Source of the DNA: Lachnospiraceae bacterium
GTDB lineage: Bacteria > Bacillota > Clostridia > Lachnospirales > Lachnospiraceae
Direction: 5' to 3'
DNA length: 64,000 bases
Assembly (NCBI GenBank): GCA_017437065.1
Contig: JAFSBX010000076.1
Span: forward strand, 88,466 to 152,465
Below are positions 56,366-64,000 of this stretch, piece after piece. Position 1 is the stretch's first letter; every line of letters starts with the position of its first letter. The notes below the pieces were generated by a model. The model searched no databases, had not been told where the DNA came from, and worked only from the letters and a program-made list of their open reading frames with translations. The position numbers and the translations under genes were made by a program.

Positions 56366-56399
56366 TTGACATTATACGACATGATTGCATAAAATGCAA
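56366..56399. promoter_or_regulatory. Two overlapping, oppositely oriented sigma-A-like promoters
   Basis: Plus strand: TTGACA (56366-71), 18-nt spacer, TAAAAT (56390-95). Minus strand: TTGCAT (56399-94), 17-nt spacer, TATAAT (56376-71). The two share the same roughly 35 bp. Confidence 0.45.
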
Positions 56400-56563
56400 C
56401 GCGAGTATTAATAATAGGAAAAGAAAGTTTTTGGTAAAATTTCTTAAATTTTTATAATATTCGATGAATTAAAAATGGGTTTGTTTACTTTTAACGTTCG
56501 GAATGTTAGAATATATTCAATTGTTTTCGGAAAAAGAAATAAAGAAGAGGAGTTTTCTTGAAT

Positions 56564-57418
56564 ATGAGTAAGTTTGAAAGAAAATTTGGCAGATATGCGA
56601 TTAAAAATCTGTCGTTGATGTTGATTTTATGTTATGCATGCGGCTATTTTATCAGTTTGATTAATCCCAATTTTTTGAATTATTTAACTTTAGATCCATA
56701 CAAAATTTTGCATGGACAGATATGGAGGATTGTGACATGGGTTATCAGTCCGCCACCAAGCAGTAATATATTCTTTCTTTTAATTACATTGTATTTTTAT
56801 TATTCTTTGGGAACTACACTGGAGCGTACATGGGGAGAGTATCGGTATAATTTGTATATTTTTTCGGGTATGCTGTTTACGGTGCTTGGCAGTTTTCTTC
56901 TGATGGGATACAGTTATTTATTTGAGGGTGCAACGGTTGCCTTTTATGGTGCAGAAAACTATTTTGCAATCGTTGCAAGCTATTTCAGTACGTATTATGT
57001 CAATATGTCTATTTTCCTCGCGTTTGCAGCAACGTTTCCGGATGTACAGGTTCTTTTAATGTTTGTAATTCCGGTAAAAGTAAAATGGATGGGAATTATT
57101 TATGCGGTAATGCTTGCGTATGAATTTATTGTATATCCGTATTATCTGAGATTTGTTATGGCAGCTTCTATGTTGAATTTTGTTGTATTTTTCTTTACAT
57201 CCAGAAAAAGGGTACATCTGTCACCAAAACAAATGAAACGCAGACAGGAATTTAAAAGGGAGACAAGAAAGGCAACCGCAATTACAAAGCACAAATGTGC
57301 CATCTGCGGACAAACCGAAGAAGACAATCCCGACCTCGAATTCCGCTTCTGCTCCAAATGCAATGGAAATTATGAATACTGCCAGAATCATCTCTTCACG
57401 CACGAACATGTGAGGTAG
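56564..57418 (+). CDS. Rhomboid-like polytopic membrane protein with C-terminal Cys/His-rich zinc-ribbon-like tail
   Basis: GQIWRIVTWVISPP and LYFYYSLGTTLERTWG resemble rhomboid TM2 motifs. The catalytic His is not evident. The tail is CAICGQ...CSKCNGNYEYCQNHLFTHEHV. The start is TTG 56558 or ATG 56564. Confidence 0.45.
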   Translation: MSKFERKFGRYAIKNLSLMLILCYACGYFISLINPNFLNYLTLDPYKILHGQIWRIVTWVISPPPSSNIFFLLITLYFYYSLGTTLERTWGEYRYNLYIFSGMLFTVLGSFLLMGYSYLFEGATVAFYGAENYFAIVASYFSTYYVNMSIFLAFAATFPDVQVLLMFVIPVKVKWMGIIYAVMLAYEFIVYPYYLRFVMAASMLNFVVFFFTSRKRVHLSPKQMKRRQEFKRETRKATAITKHKCAICGQTEEDNPDLEFRFCSKCNGNYEYCQNHLFTHEHVR

Positions 57419-57499
57419 AGAAAGCTTAGAAGCGTGAAGATTTTACGCATGAACACGTGAAATAAGTCTCAATAAAATTGGAAAGAATAGGAATCGGTT

Positions 57500-58246
57500 A
57501 TGAATAAAGAAATAGAATTTGCAAAGACACTTCAGGAAGTGGTAAACAGGGCAAAGGACAACGGAAACTGTATTTCAAAAGAAGAAGTAGAGGAAGCCTT
57601 TGCTTCACAGAACTTAAAAGAAGAACAGCTGGAGCTGGTATTGGACTATCTTGTGAAACATAAAATAGGAATAGGTGAACCGGTAGATTTAGACGATTAT
57701 CTGAGTGAGGAAGACAAAAATTATTTAGATGAGTATTTAGCAGAGATTGAAGCCCTTAAAACTTTTAGTCAGGGAGAAAAAGAAGCCATTACCATGTCAG
57801 CTATGGCAGGAGATGCAGATGCACAAAGACAACTGATAGAAATTTACATTCCGCAGGTGGTAGATGTCGCAAAATTGTATGCCGGGCAAGGTGTATTTCT
57901 GGAGGATTTAATCGGAGAAGGGAATCTGGCAGTGACGCTGGGGGTAACACAGATTGGTTGTCTGGAACATCCTTCCGAAGCAGATGGAATGATGGGAAAA
58001 CTGATGATGGATGCTATGGAAGATTATATTACGGAAAATACCAATGCGGAAGAAATGGATAAAAAAATGGCTGACCGTGTGAATGATATTTCTGATAAGG
58101 CAAAAGAGCTGGCAGAAAGTTTTGGTAGAAAAATCACACCTAAGGAACTTGCAGAAGAAACAGGAATAAAACTGGAAGATATCGTGGAAGCAGTCCGGAT
58201 GAGTGGAGATAACATAGAGTACATTGAAAATGACAGCAACGATTAA
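57500..58246 (+). CDS. Sigma-70-like protein retaining region 1.1, 2.1-2.2 and 3.0-like segments but lacking regions 2.3-2.4 and 4
   Basis: 248 aa. ISKEEVEEAF...EEQLELVLDYLVKHKIGI is region 1.1-like. GDADAQRQLIEIYIPQVVDVAKLYAGQGVFLEDLIGEGNLAV is region 2.1/2.2-like. KAKELAESFGRKITPKELAEETGIKLEDIVEAVRMSG is region 3.0-like. There is no aromatic -10 recognition block and no region-4 HTH. Confidence 0.6.
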   Translation: MNKEIEFAKTLQEVVNRAKDNGNCISKEEVEEAFASQNLKEEQLELVLDYLVKHKIGIGEPVDLDDYLSEEDKNYLDEYLAEIEALKTFSQGEKEAITMSAMAGDADAQRQLIEIYIPQVVDVAKLYAGQGVFLEDLIGEGNLAVTLGVTQIGCLEHPSEADGMMGKLMMDAMEDYITENTNAEEMDKKMADRVNDISDKAKELAESFGRKITPKELAEETGIKLEDIVEAVRMSGDNIEYIENDSND

Positions 58247-58265
58247 GATAGGAAAAGGAGTATAA

Positions 58266-58700
58266 ATGGGGAGTCAGAACAGGCAGGAATATAAAGATTA
58301 TAAATATGTTATGCAGGATGCGGGAAATATTTATCTTGGCGGTAAATATTCCTATGAAGAAATCATGGATCACGCAGACATATCTTTCAAAATTAAGGCA
58401 ATCATAGAACATTATATGACCAAAGAAATTGACATGACAACAACACTGGAAAGCCACTTCTATTACATGAACCCCAAAAGCTTTTCAGCACGCACCTATG
58501 AACAGCTCAAAGTCAAAATAAAAGTGAGCGAGTTAATAAAGAAAAAAAATATCTTCGGAAAGCAAAAAGAAGTTTATGAAGAGAAGCTTTACAAAATTCA
58601 GGATTTCATCACAATCCCCCCGGAGGAGAAAAAAACGAAAGGAATTGTAATTCAGGAAATAACCTTTCCAAAGATGGCACTACTTATGTTCCCGGTGTGA
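58266..58700 (+). CDS. Hypothetical protein
   Basis: 144 aa with RBS AAAGGAG. It lies 20 nt after the sigma-like gene. No motif recognised. Confidence 0.45.
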   Translation: MGSQNRQEYKDYKYVMQDAGNIYLGGKYSYEEIMDHADISFKIKAIIEHYMTKEIDMTTTLESHFYYMNPKSFSARTYEQLKVKIKVSELIKKKNIFGKQKEVYEEKLYKIQDFITIPPEEKKTKGIVIQEITFPKMALLMFPV

Positions 58701-58751
58701 AATAGTGGAACATTGATGTTTAGTGGAATAATGCTATTTTGTCAAAGACCA

Positions 58752-58889
58752 GTGTCGAGACTGATATAGTTCCTGTATGAACCCTTGGAGAACGCCAGCA
58801 CTTGGCTTGTGTTTTTTACAAGCCTAGTACTGTTGCGTTCGGAGTGGAGCGAAAGCGCGTTCAGACAGGAACTATATCAGGCTCGACAC
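58752..58889. other. 138-nt rod-like imperfect hairpin (structured RNA or MITE-like inverted-repeat element)
   Basis: The outer stem pairs 58752-58782 with 58859-58889, with 29 of 31 positions complementary. An asymmetric internal loop (7 nt versus 18 nt) follows. The inner stem is about 20 bp with a few mismatches and ends in GGCTTGT-gtttttt-ACAAGCC. Confidence 0.55.
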
Positions 58890-58928
58890 GTCCGTACGAA
58901 ACAAACACAACAAGGAGAGTACACACCA

Positions 58929-61850
58929 ATGCAGATTGAACAATTAACAAGTTATGAAATAATTGAAAAAAGAAGAATTGAAGATTTAAATTCCATGAGC
59001 TATCTCCTGCGTCATAAAAAGACCGGCGCAAGAGTTGCTTTGCTTTCAAATGATGATGAAAATAAAGTTTTCTATATCGGATTCCGTACGCCACCGGAAG
59101 ACAGTACAGGTGTGGCGCACATTCTGGAACACTCCGTACTTTGCGGTTCCGAAAAATATCCGGTAAAAGATCCGTTTGTAGAGTTGGTAAAAGGTTCTTT
59201 GAACACCTTTTTAAATGCTATGACTTATCCGGACAAGACTGTTTATCCGCTGGCAAGCTGTAATGACACGGATTTCCAGAACCTTTGCAATGTATATCTG
59301 GATGCAGTATTCCATCCGAATATTTATAAAGAGAAGAAAATTTTCATGCAGGAAGGCTGGCACTATGAAATGGAGGATGAAAATGACGACCTTACATTAA
59401 ATGGTGTAGTTTATAATGAAATGAAGGGTGCCTTTTCTTCACCGGACGATGTACTTTATCGCCAAATTATGACATCACTTTACCCGGACAATACTTACAG
59501 TACGGAATCCGGCGGTGATCCGAAAAACATTCCGGATTTGACGTATGAACAGTTTTTGGGATTCCACAGCCGTTATTATCATCCGAGCAACAGTTATATT
59601 TACTTGTACGGAAACATGGATATGGCAGAAAAACTGGATTTTATTGATAGGGAATATTTGTCAAAATACGATTATCTGGAGATAGATTCTTCTATAAAAA
59701 CGCAGAGTGTATTTGAAAGTATGAGAGAGATGGAGTGTTCTTATCCGATAACAGAAGAGGAATCGGAAAAGGACAATACCTATTTAGCATATAATATTAT
59801 GTTAAAGGATAGTCTGGACGAAGAACTTTCGATTGCATTCAGTGTATTGGATTATGCGATTTGTTCTGCACCGGGAGCTCCGTTAAAGCAGGCATTGATT
59901 GATAAGGGAATTGGTAAAGATGTATACAGCATGTATGAGGATGGAATAAAACAACCCTATTTCAGTGTAGTTGCAAAAAATGCGAACGTAGAGCAAAAAG
60001 AAGAATTTACGAATACAATTCATGAGGTTTTAAAAGGTCTTGTGGAGAACGGATTGGATAAAAAAGCACTTCGTGCAGGCCTGAATTATTATGAATTTAA
60101 ATATAGAGAAGCAGACTTTGGTTCTTATCCGAAAGGTTTGATGTATGGGCTTCGTATGTTGGACAGCTGGCTGTATGATGACAGCAAACCATTTATTCAT
60201 GTGGAAGCAAACGATACCTACAAAGCTGTAAAAGAAAAGATAGATACGGATTATTTTGAACAGTTAATCCGCACATACCTTCTGGATAATTCACATAAAT
60301 CCCTGCTTATCTTAAAACCTGAGAAAGGTCTGGGAGTAAAGGAAGATGAGGCACTGGCTAAGAAACTTGCTGAGTATAAAGCTTCTTTGAGTAAAGAACA
60401 GATTCAGAAAATTGTAGAAGATACACAAGCATTGAAGGAGTATCAGGAGGCAGAAGAAAAGCCGGAAGATTTGGCAAAGATTCCTCTTTTAAAGAGAGAA
60501 GACTTGAAAAAAGAAGCAGAAATGCCTGTGAATGATGTGCGGAAAAGCAAAGATACCACCATTTTGTTCCATGACATTTTTACAAATCATATCGGATATT
60601 TACGTTTGGTTTTTGATTTGGAAAATGTGCCGGCGAAACTGTTCCCTTACCTTGGAATATTAAAAGCGGTATTGGGATTGATGGATACGGAAAATTACAG
60701 TTATGGTGATTTGTATAATGAAATGAATATTCAGACCGGAGGAATGTCTGTTGTAAGCAATATTTATACAAATAATCAGGATATCAGCAAACAAAAAGTA
60801 ACACTGGAAGTAAAGGCAAAAGTGTTGTATGAAAATCTGGACAAGGCATTTGCATTGGCAACAGAAATTATGACAGGTACAAAGTTTGCGGATGAGAAAC
60901 GTTTACGGGAAATTATGGAAGAACTGAATTCTAAAAATCAGGCGGCAGTTATGAGTGCAGGTCATTCTTTTGCAATGGGAAGAGCTATGTCATACCAGTC
61001 AAAATCCGCAGCTATTTCCGAAGTAATAGGCGGTATGGATTTTAATCGTTTTGTGGAAAAAATCGCTTATCACTTTGAAGAAGAGAAAGAAACATTGATT
61101 GAATGTCTGACAGAGCTGACGAAATGTATTTTCCGACCGGAAAATCTGATGGTAGACTATACGGCAACGGAAGACGGATATGAGAAATTACCGGAATTAG
61201 TTGAAGAATTAAAGGAAAAATTGTATAACTGTCCTGTGGAAACTGGAACCTTTGAACCGGAAATTTCTGTTAAAAATGAAGGTTTTACATCATCTTCACA
61301 GGTACAGTATGTAGGACGTGCCGGAAATTACCGTAAAAAGGGACTGGAACCGACCGGCTCCTTAAAGGTATTAAAAGTAATGATGGGCTACGAATATTTG
61401 TGGGTAAATGTCCGCGTAAAAGGCGGGGCATATGGCTGTATGTCGGGTTTTGGCAAGACCGGAGACAGTTATTTTGTTTCCTATCGTGATCCAAATCTTG
61501 CGAAAACAGTGGATGTATATGAAAAAGCCGCAGACTTTATTGCAAATTTCCAGGCGGATGAGCGTACAATGACCCAGTTTGTTATCGGTGCGGTCAGTGA
61601 TATGGATGTACCGATGAATCCGGCAGCGAAAGGAACCTATTCTTTAGGGGCGTATCTGACGGATTTAAGTAATGAAGCAATTCAGAAGGAAAGAGACGAA
61701 CTGCTTGCTACAAGTGCAGAAGATATTCGCAGGCTTTCTGTATACATCAAGGCATTTATGGAAGATGATTGCTTCTGTGTTATCGGAAATGAAGAAAAGA
61801 TTAAAGAATCTGCGGATATGTTTAAGAAAGTAGAACCGTTATTCCGTTAA
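58929..61850 (+). CDS. M16C-family (PreP/insulinase-like) zinc metallopeptidase
   Basis: 973 aa. The inverted zinc motif HILEHSVLCGS (HxxEH) is present. ATG 58929 follows AAGGAGAG. The track's upstream extension from 58785 runs through the hairpin and is rejected. Confidence 0.9.
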   Translation: MQIEQLTSYEIIEKRRIEDLNSMSYLLRHKKTGARVALLSNDDENKVFYIGFRTPPEDSTGVAHILEHSVLCGSEKYPVKDPFVELVKGSLNTFLNAMTYPDKTVYPLASCNDTDFQNLCNVYLDAVFHPNIYKEKKIFMQEGWHYEMEDENDDLTLNGVVYNEMKGAFSSPDDVLYRQIMTSLYPDNTYSTESGGDPKNIPDLTYEQFLGFHSRYYHPSNSYIYLYGNMDMAEKLDFIDREYLSKYDYLEIDSSIKTQSVFESMREMECSYPITEEESEKDNTYLAYNIMLKDSLDEELSIAFSVLDYAICSAPGAPLKQALIDKGIGKDVYSMYEDGIKQPYFSVVAKNANVEQKEEFTNTIHEVLKGLVENGLDKKALRAGLNYYEFKYREADFGSYPKGLMYGLRMLDSWLYDDSKPFIHVEANDTYKAVKEKIDTDYFEQLIRTYLLDNSHKSLLILKPEKGLGVKEDEALAKKLAEYKASLSKEQIQKIVEDTQALKEYQEAEEKPEDLAKIPLLKREDLKKEAEMPVNDVRKSKDTTILFHDIFTNHIGYLRLVFDLENVPAKLFPYLGILKAVLGLMDTENYSYGDLYNEMNIQTGGMSVVSNIYTNNQDISKQKVTLEVKAKVLYENLDKAFALATEIMTGTKFADEKRLREIMEELNSKNQAAVMSAGHSFAMGRAMSYQSKSAAISEVIGGMDFNRFVEKIAYHFEEEKETLIECLTELTKCIFRPENLMVDYTATEDGYEKLPELVEELKEKLYNCPVETGTFEPEISVKNEGFTSSSQVQYVGRAGNYRKKGLEPTGSLKVLKVMMGYEYLWVNVRVKGGAYGCMSGFGKTGDSYFVSYRDPNLAKTVDVYEKAADFIANFQADERTMTQFVIGAVSDMDVPMNPAAKGTYSLGAYLTDLSNEAIQKERDELLATSAEDIRRLSVYIKAFMEDDCFCVIGNEEKIKESADMFKKVEPLFR

Positions 61851-61913
61851 GAAAAGTAAATAAGATGGAGCATACACCCGAATTCGCACGCTATGCGAGA
61901 ATGGAGAAAATAA

Positions 61914-62822
61914 ATGAACAATAATTTTAAATCAGGTTTTGTAACATTGATTGGAAGACCAAATGTAGGAAAATCTACGTTGATGAATTGTCTGATAGGA
62001 CAGAAAATTGCGATTACTTCCAATAAGCCACAGACGACCAGAAACCGTATTCAGACAGTATATACTTCCGAAGAAGGACAAATTGTGTTTGTGGACACAC
62101 CGGGGATTCACAAGGCAAAAAATAAGCTGGGTGATTATATGGTAAATATAGCTGAGCGAACTTTAAAGGAAGTAGATGTGATTTTATGGCTGGTAGAACC
62201 TACCACTTTTATCGGAGCCGGTGAAAAACACATTATAGAGCAGTTGAAAAAGGCGAAAACACCTGTTATTTTAGTAATTAATAAAATTGATACGGTAAAA
62301 AAGGAAGAAATTTTATTATTTATTGATACCTACCGGAAGGAAATGGATTTTGAAGAAATCGTTCCTGTATCCGCACTGAAAGCGGATAATACGGAAACTC
62401 TGATTTCCTGTATTATGAAATATCTTCCGTATGGTCCGGCATTTTATGATGAAGATACGGTTACAGACCAGCCGGAAAGGCAGATTGTGGCAGAATTAAT
62501 CAGAGAAAAAGCATTACGCCTGTTAAACGATGAAATTCCTCACGGTGTGGCAGTCAGTATTGAAAGCATGAAGTATCGGAGAAAAATATGTGATATCGAA
62601 GCTACTATCGTTTGTGAAAGAGATTCCCACAAAGGAATTATTATCGGAAAACAGGGAAGCATGCTTAAGAAAATCGGCAGTCTGGCTCGTCCGGAAATAG
62701 AAGAAATGCTGGATATCCAAGTAAATCTGCAACTTTGGGTAAAAGTGAAAAAAGACTGGCGTGACAGTGACTTTTTACTGAAAAATTTTGGCTATGATAA
62801 AAAAGAAACGGATTTGTTTTAA
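61914..62822 (+). CDS. era: GTPase Era
   Basis: G1 GRPNVGKSTL, G3 DTPG, G4 NKID and a C-terminal KH domain. Confidence 0.95.
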   Translation: MNNNFKSGFVTLIGRPNVGKSTLMNCLIGQKIAITSNKPQTTRNRIQTVYTSEEGQIVFVDTPGIHKAKNKLGDYMVNIAERTLKEVDVILWLVEPTTFIGAGEKHIIEQLKKAKTPVILVINKIDTVKKEEILLFIDTYRKEMDFEEIVPVSALKADNTETLISCIMKYLPYGPAFYDEDTVTDQPERQIVAELIREKALRLLNDEIPHGVAVSIESMKYRRKICDIEATIVCERDSHKGIIIGKQGSMLKKIGSLARPEIEEMLDIQVNLQLWVKVKKDWRDSDFLLKNFGYDKKETDLF

Positions 62823-62891
62823 GCGAAGTTTTTAGAATAGAAATGAGAAAAAAGCGAACCCTAATAGTACAATACAATTAGGGGGCGCAAG

Positions 62892-63074
62892 ATGAAAACA
62901 TTAAATTACTGGCAGCAGTTTTGTAAAACAGGAGATCCGAAAGACTATCTTTTTTATAAAGAAAAAGAGCAGAACGAACAAGAAAGAGCAGTCGGGAAAG
63001 CAGGCAATTATGCAGGAGACGATCATCTTAACAGGAATCATATTGAAGACAGTGCCTATCGGGGATTACGATAG
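62892..63074 (+). CDS. YqzL-like small protein
   Basis: N-terminal LNYWQQFCKTGDPKDYLFYKEKE resembles the small YqzL family found between era and recO in Bacillus (from memory). The 3' end overlaps recO by 65 nt. Confidence 0.45.
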   Translation: MKTLNYWQQFCKTGDPKDYLFYKEKEQNEQERAVGKAGNYAGDDHLNRNHIEDSAYRGLR

Positions 63075-63669
63075 GCGCGTTGTTTTGTTAACGAAAGAAC
63101 GAGGAAAAATCTCAGCCTTTGCAAAAGGAGCAAGAAGACAGACCAGCAGACTTTTAGCTGCAACCAATCCATTCAGCTTTGGAGAGTTTAAATTATATGA
63201 AGGAAAAACTTCCTATAACATTATGGAAGTTTCCATATCGAATTATTTTGAAACTCTGAGGGAAGATTTTGAAGCAGCGTATTACGGCATGTATTTTATG
63301 GAAATTGCGGACTATTATACCAGAGAAAATAATGACGAAAAACAGATGTTAAAGCTTGTATATCAGACGCTTCGTGCTTTGCAGCATCCCGGGCTTTCTA
63401 ATGAACTGGTACGTTACATATATGAGATTAAGACCGTTGTCGTCAATGGAGAGTATCCGGGAATCCCTACAGAAAGGCAGTTTTCGGAATCCGCCATATA
63501 TGCGCTTTCCTATATAGAAAATTCCACAATCGAAAAGTTATATACCTTTACAGTTACAAATGAAGTGCTTGCAGAATTGAAATATGCGGCTACAAGATAC
63601 AGAAAAATATTTATGAATTATCCATTTAAAAGTTTGGAAGTTTTAGAAACAATACAAAAACCATGTTGA
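63010..63669 (+). CDS. recO: DNA repair protein RecO
   Basis: N-terminal OB-fold pattern TGIILKTVPIGDYDRRVVLLTKERGKISAFAKGARR. It follows era/yqzL, as in Bacillus. Confidence 0.85.
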   Translation: MQETIILTGIILKTVPIGDYDRRVVLLTKERGKISAFAKGARRQTSRLLAATNPFSFGEFKLYEGKTSYNIMEVSISNYFETLREDFEAAYYGMYFMEIADYYTRENNDEKQMLKLVYQTLRALQHPGLSNELVRYIYEIKTVVVNGEYPGIPTERQFSESAIYALSYIENSTIEKLYTFTVTNEVLAELKYAATRYRKIFMNYPFKSLEVLETIQKPC

Positions 63670-63722
63670 AAATCATAAGTAACTCGGATATAATAAAGAA
63701 CGATACTTGCAAGGAGGCGACG

Positions 63723-64000
63723 ATGATAAGACAGAAAATAAAAGCAATCCTGATGACCGGGGCAATTATATTCAGTTTATGCGCCTGTGGACAGAATACG
63801 GCAAAAGAAGAAACTTCTGTAAAGTTTGAAAAGGACGGTGCAGTGGTTAATACAATTATAGAGGATTTTGATGAAACTCTTTATAATGTAGAAGATTTGA
63901 AGAGTATGGTTTTGAATGAAGTTGCGGCATTTAATTCTGCTTCGGGAGATAAAGGGATTTCCGTGGAGAAGTTGGAAGTAAAAGATGGAAAAGTAACGGT
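63723..64000 (+). CDS. Putative lipoprotein, N-terminal fragment (3' end outside the window)
   Basis: ATG 63723 follows AAGGAGG. The signal peptide has a lipobox (IIFSLCACGQ). The ORF is open to the window end. Confidence 0.55.
   Translation, partial: MIRQKIKAILMTGAIIFSLCACGQNTAKEETSVKFEKDGAVVNTIIEDFDETLYNVEDLKSMVLNEVAAFNSASGDKGISVEKLEVKDGKVT

Noticed and set aside
58785-58928. N-terminal 48-codon extension of the M16 peptidase ORF in the ORF track
   Set aside because: The extension runs through the rod-like hairpin and starts at a non-ATG codon without an RBS. ATG 58929 has AAGGAGAG upstream, and the conserved peptidase sequence begins there.
1-64000. Prophage, integrative element, defence system (restriction-modification, CRISPR-Cas, toxin-antitoxin, abortive infection), tRNA or rRNA genes
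   Set aside because: No integrase, transposase, nuclease or methylase signatures, cas genes, repeat-spacer arrays or tRNA-like structures were seen in any frame or intergenic region. The window is dominated by core motility, translation and housekeeping genes.

Overview
This 64-kb window is from a low-GC Firmicute. Gene content and order suggest a motile Clostridia or Lachnospiraceae-like organism, but that taxon is an inference, not a search result. Positions 1-30651 form one co-directional flagellar/chemotaxis (fla/che) super-operon: fliH (partial), fliI, fliJ, ylxF-like, fliK, flgD, a small flagellar operon protein, flgE, flbD, motA, motB, fliL, fliM, fliY, cheY, fliO, fliP, fliQ, fliR, flhB, flhA, flhF, flhG, a PilZ protein, cheB, cheA, cheW, cheC, cheD, a small membrane protein, sigD, a FapA/DUF342-like protein, and three uncharacterised genes. 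As I recall the Bacillus subtilis map, this order is nearly colinear with its fla/che operon, and as there it runs directly into rpsB-tsf (30902-32862). After tsf the conserved neighbourhood breaks. The break carries an ~80-nt palindromic hairpin and 20-bp tandem repeats. It is followed by a 1539-aa secreted multi-repeat surface protein and two transmembrane methyl-accepting chemotaxis proteins (MCPs). Next come an SCP2-like gene and a two-component system whose OmpR-type regulator has an in-frame gap in its DNA-binding domain, followed by four small membrane or repeat proteins. These are followed by glk, a LacI-type regulator, a MATE efflux gene, an orphan 138-aa ORF and a soluble MCP with a canonical CZB zinc-binding domain. 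On the minus strand lies a 1410-aa fused acyl-CoA-dehydratase-activase-like protein. The window ends with a rhomboid-like membrane protein, a sigma-70-like protein lacking its DNA-binding regions, a 144-aa unknown, a 138-nt rod-like hairpin, an M16C peptidase, era, yqzL-like, recO and a partial lipoprotein. I saw no rRNA, tRNA, CRISPR array, transposase, integrase or recognisable defence system. The candidates most worth follow-up are (1) the uncharacterised genes around and after sigD, (2) the truncated sigma-like protein together with the adjacent rod-like RNA or inverted-repeat element, (3) the extracytoplasmic degenerate CZB-like sensor in an MCP, and (4) the palindrome and tandem-repeat junction where rpsB-tsf synteny breaks. 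All calls rest on reading the translated ORFs, motifs and the DNA. No database search was run.
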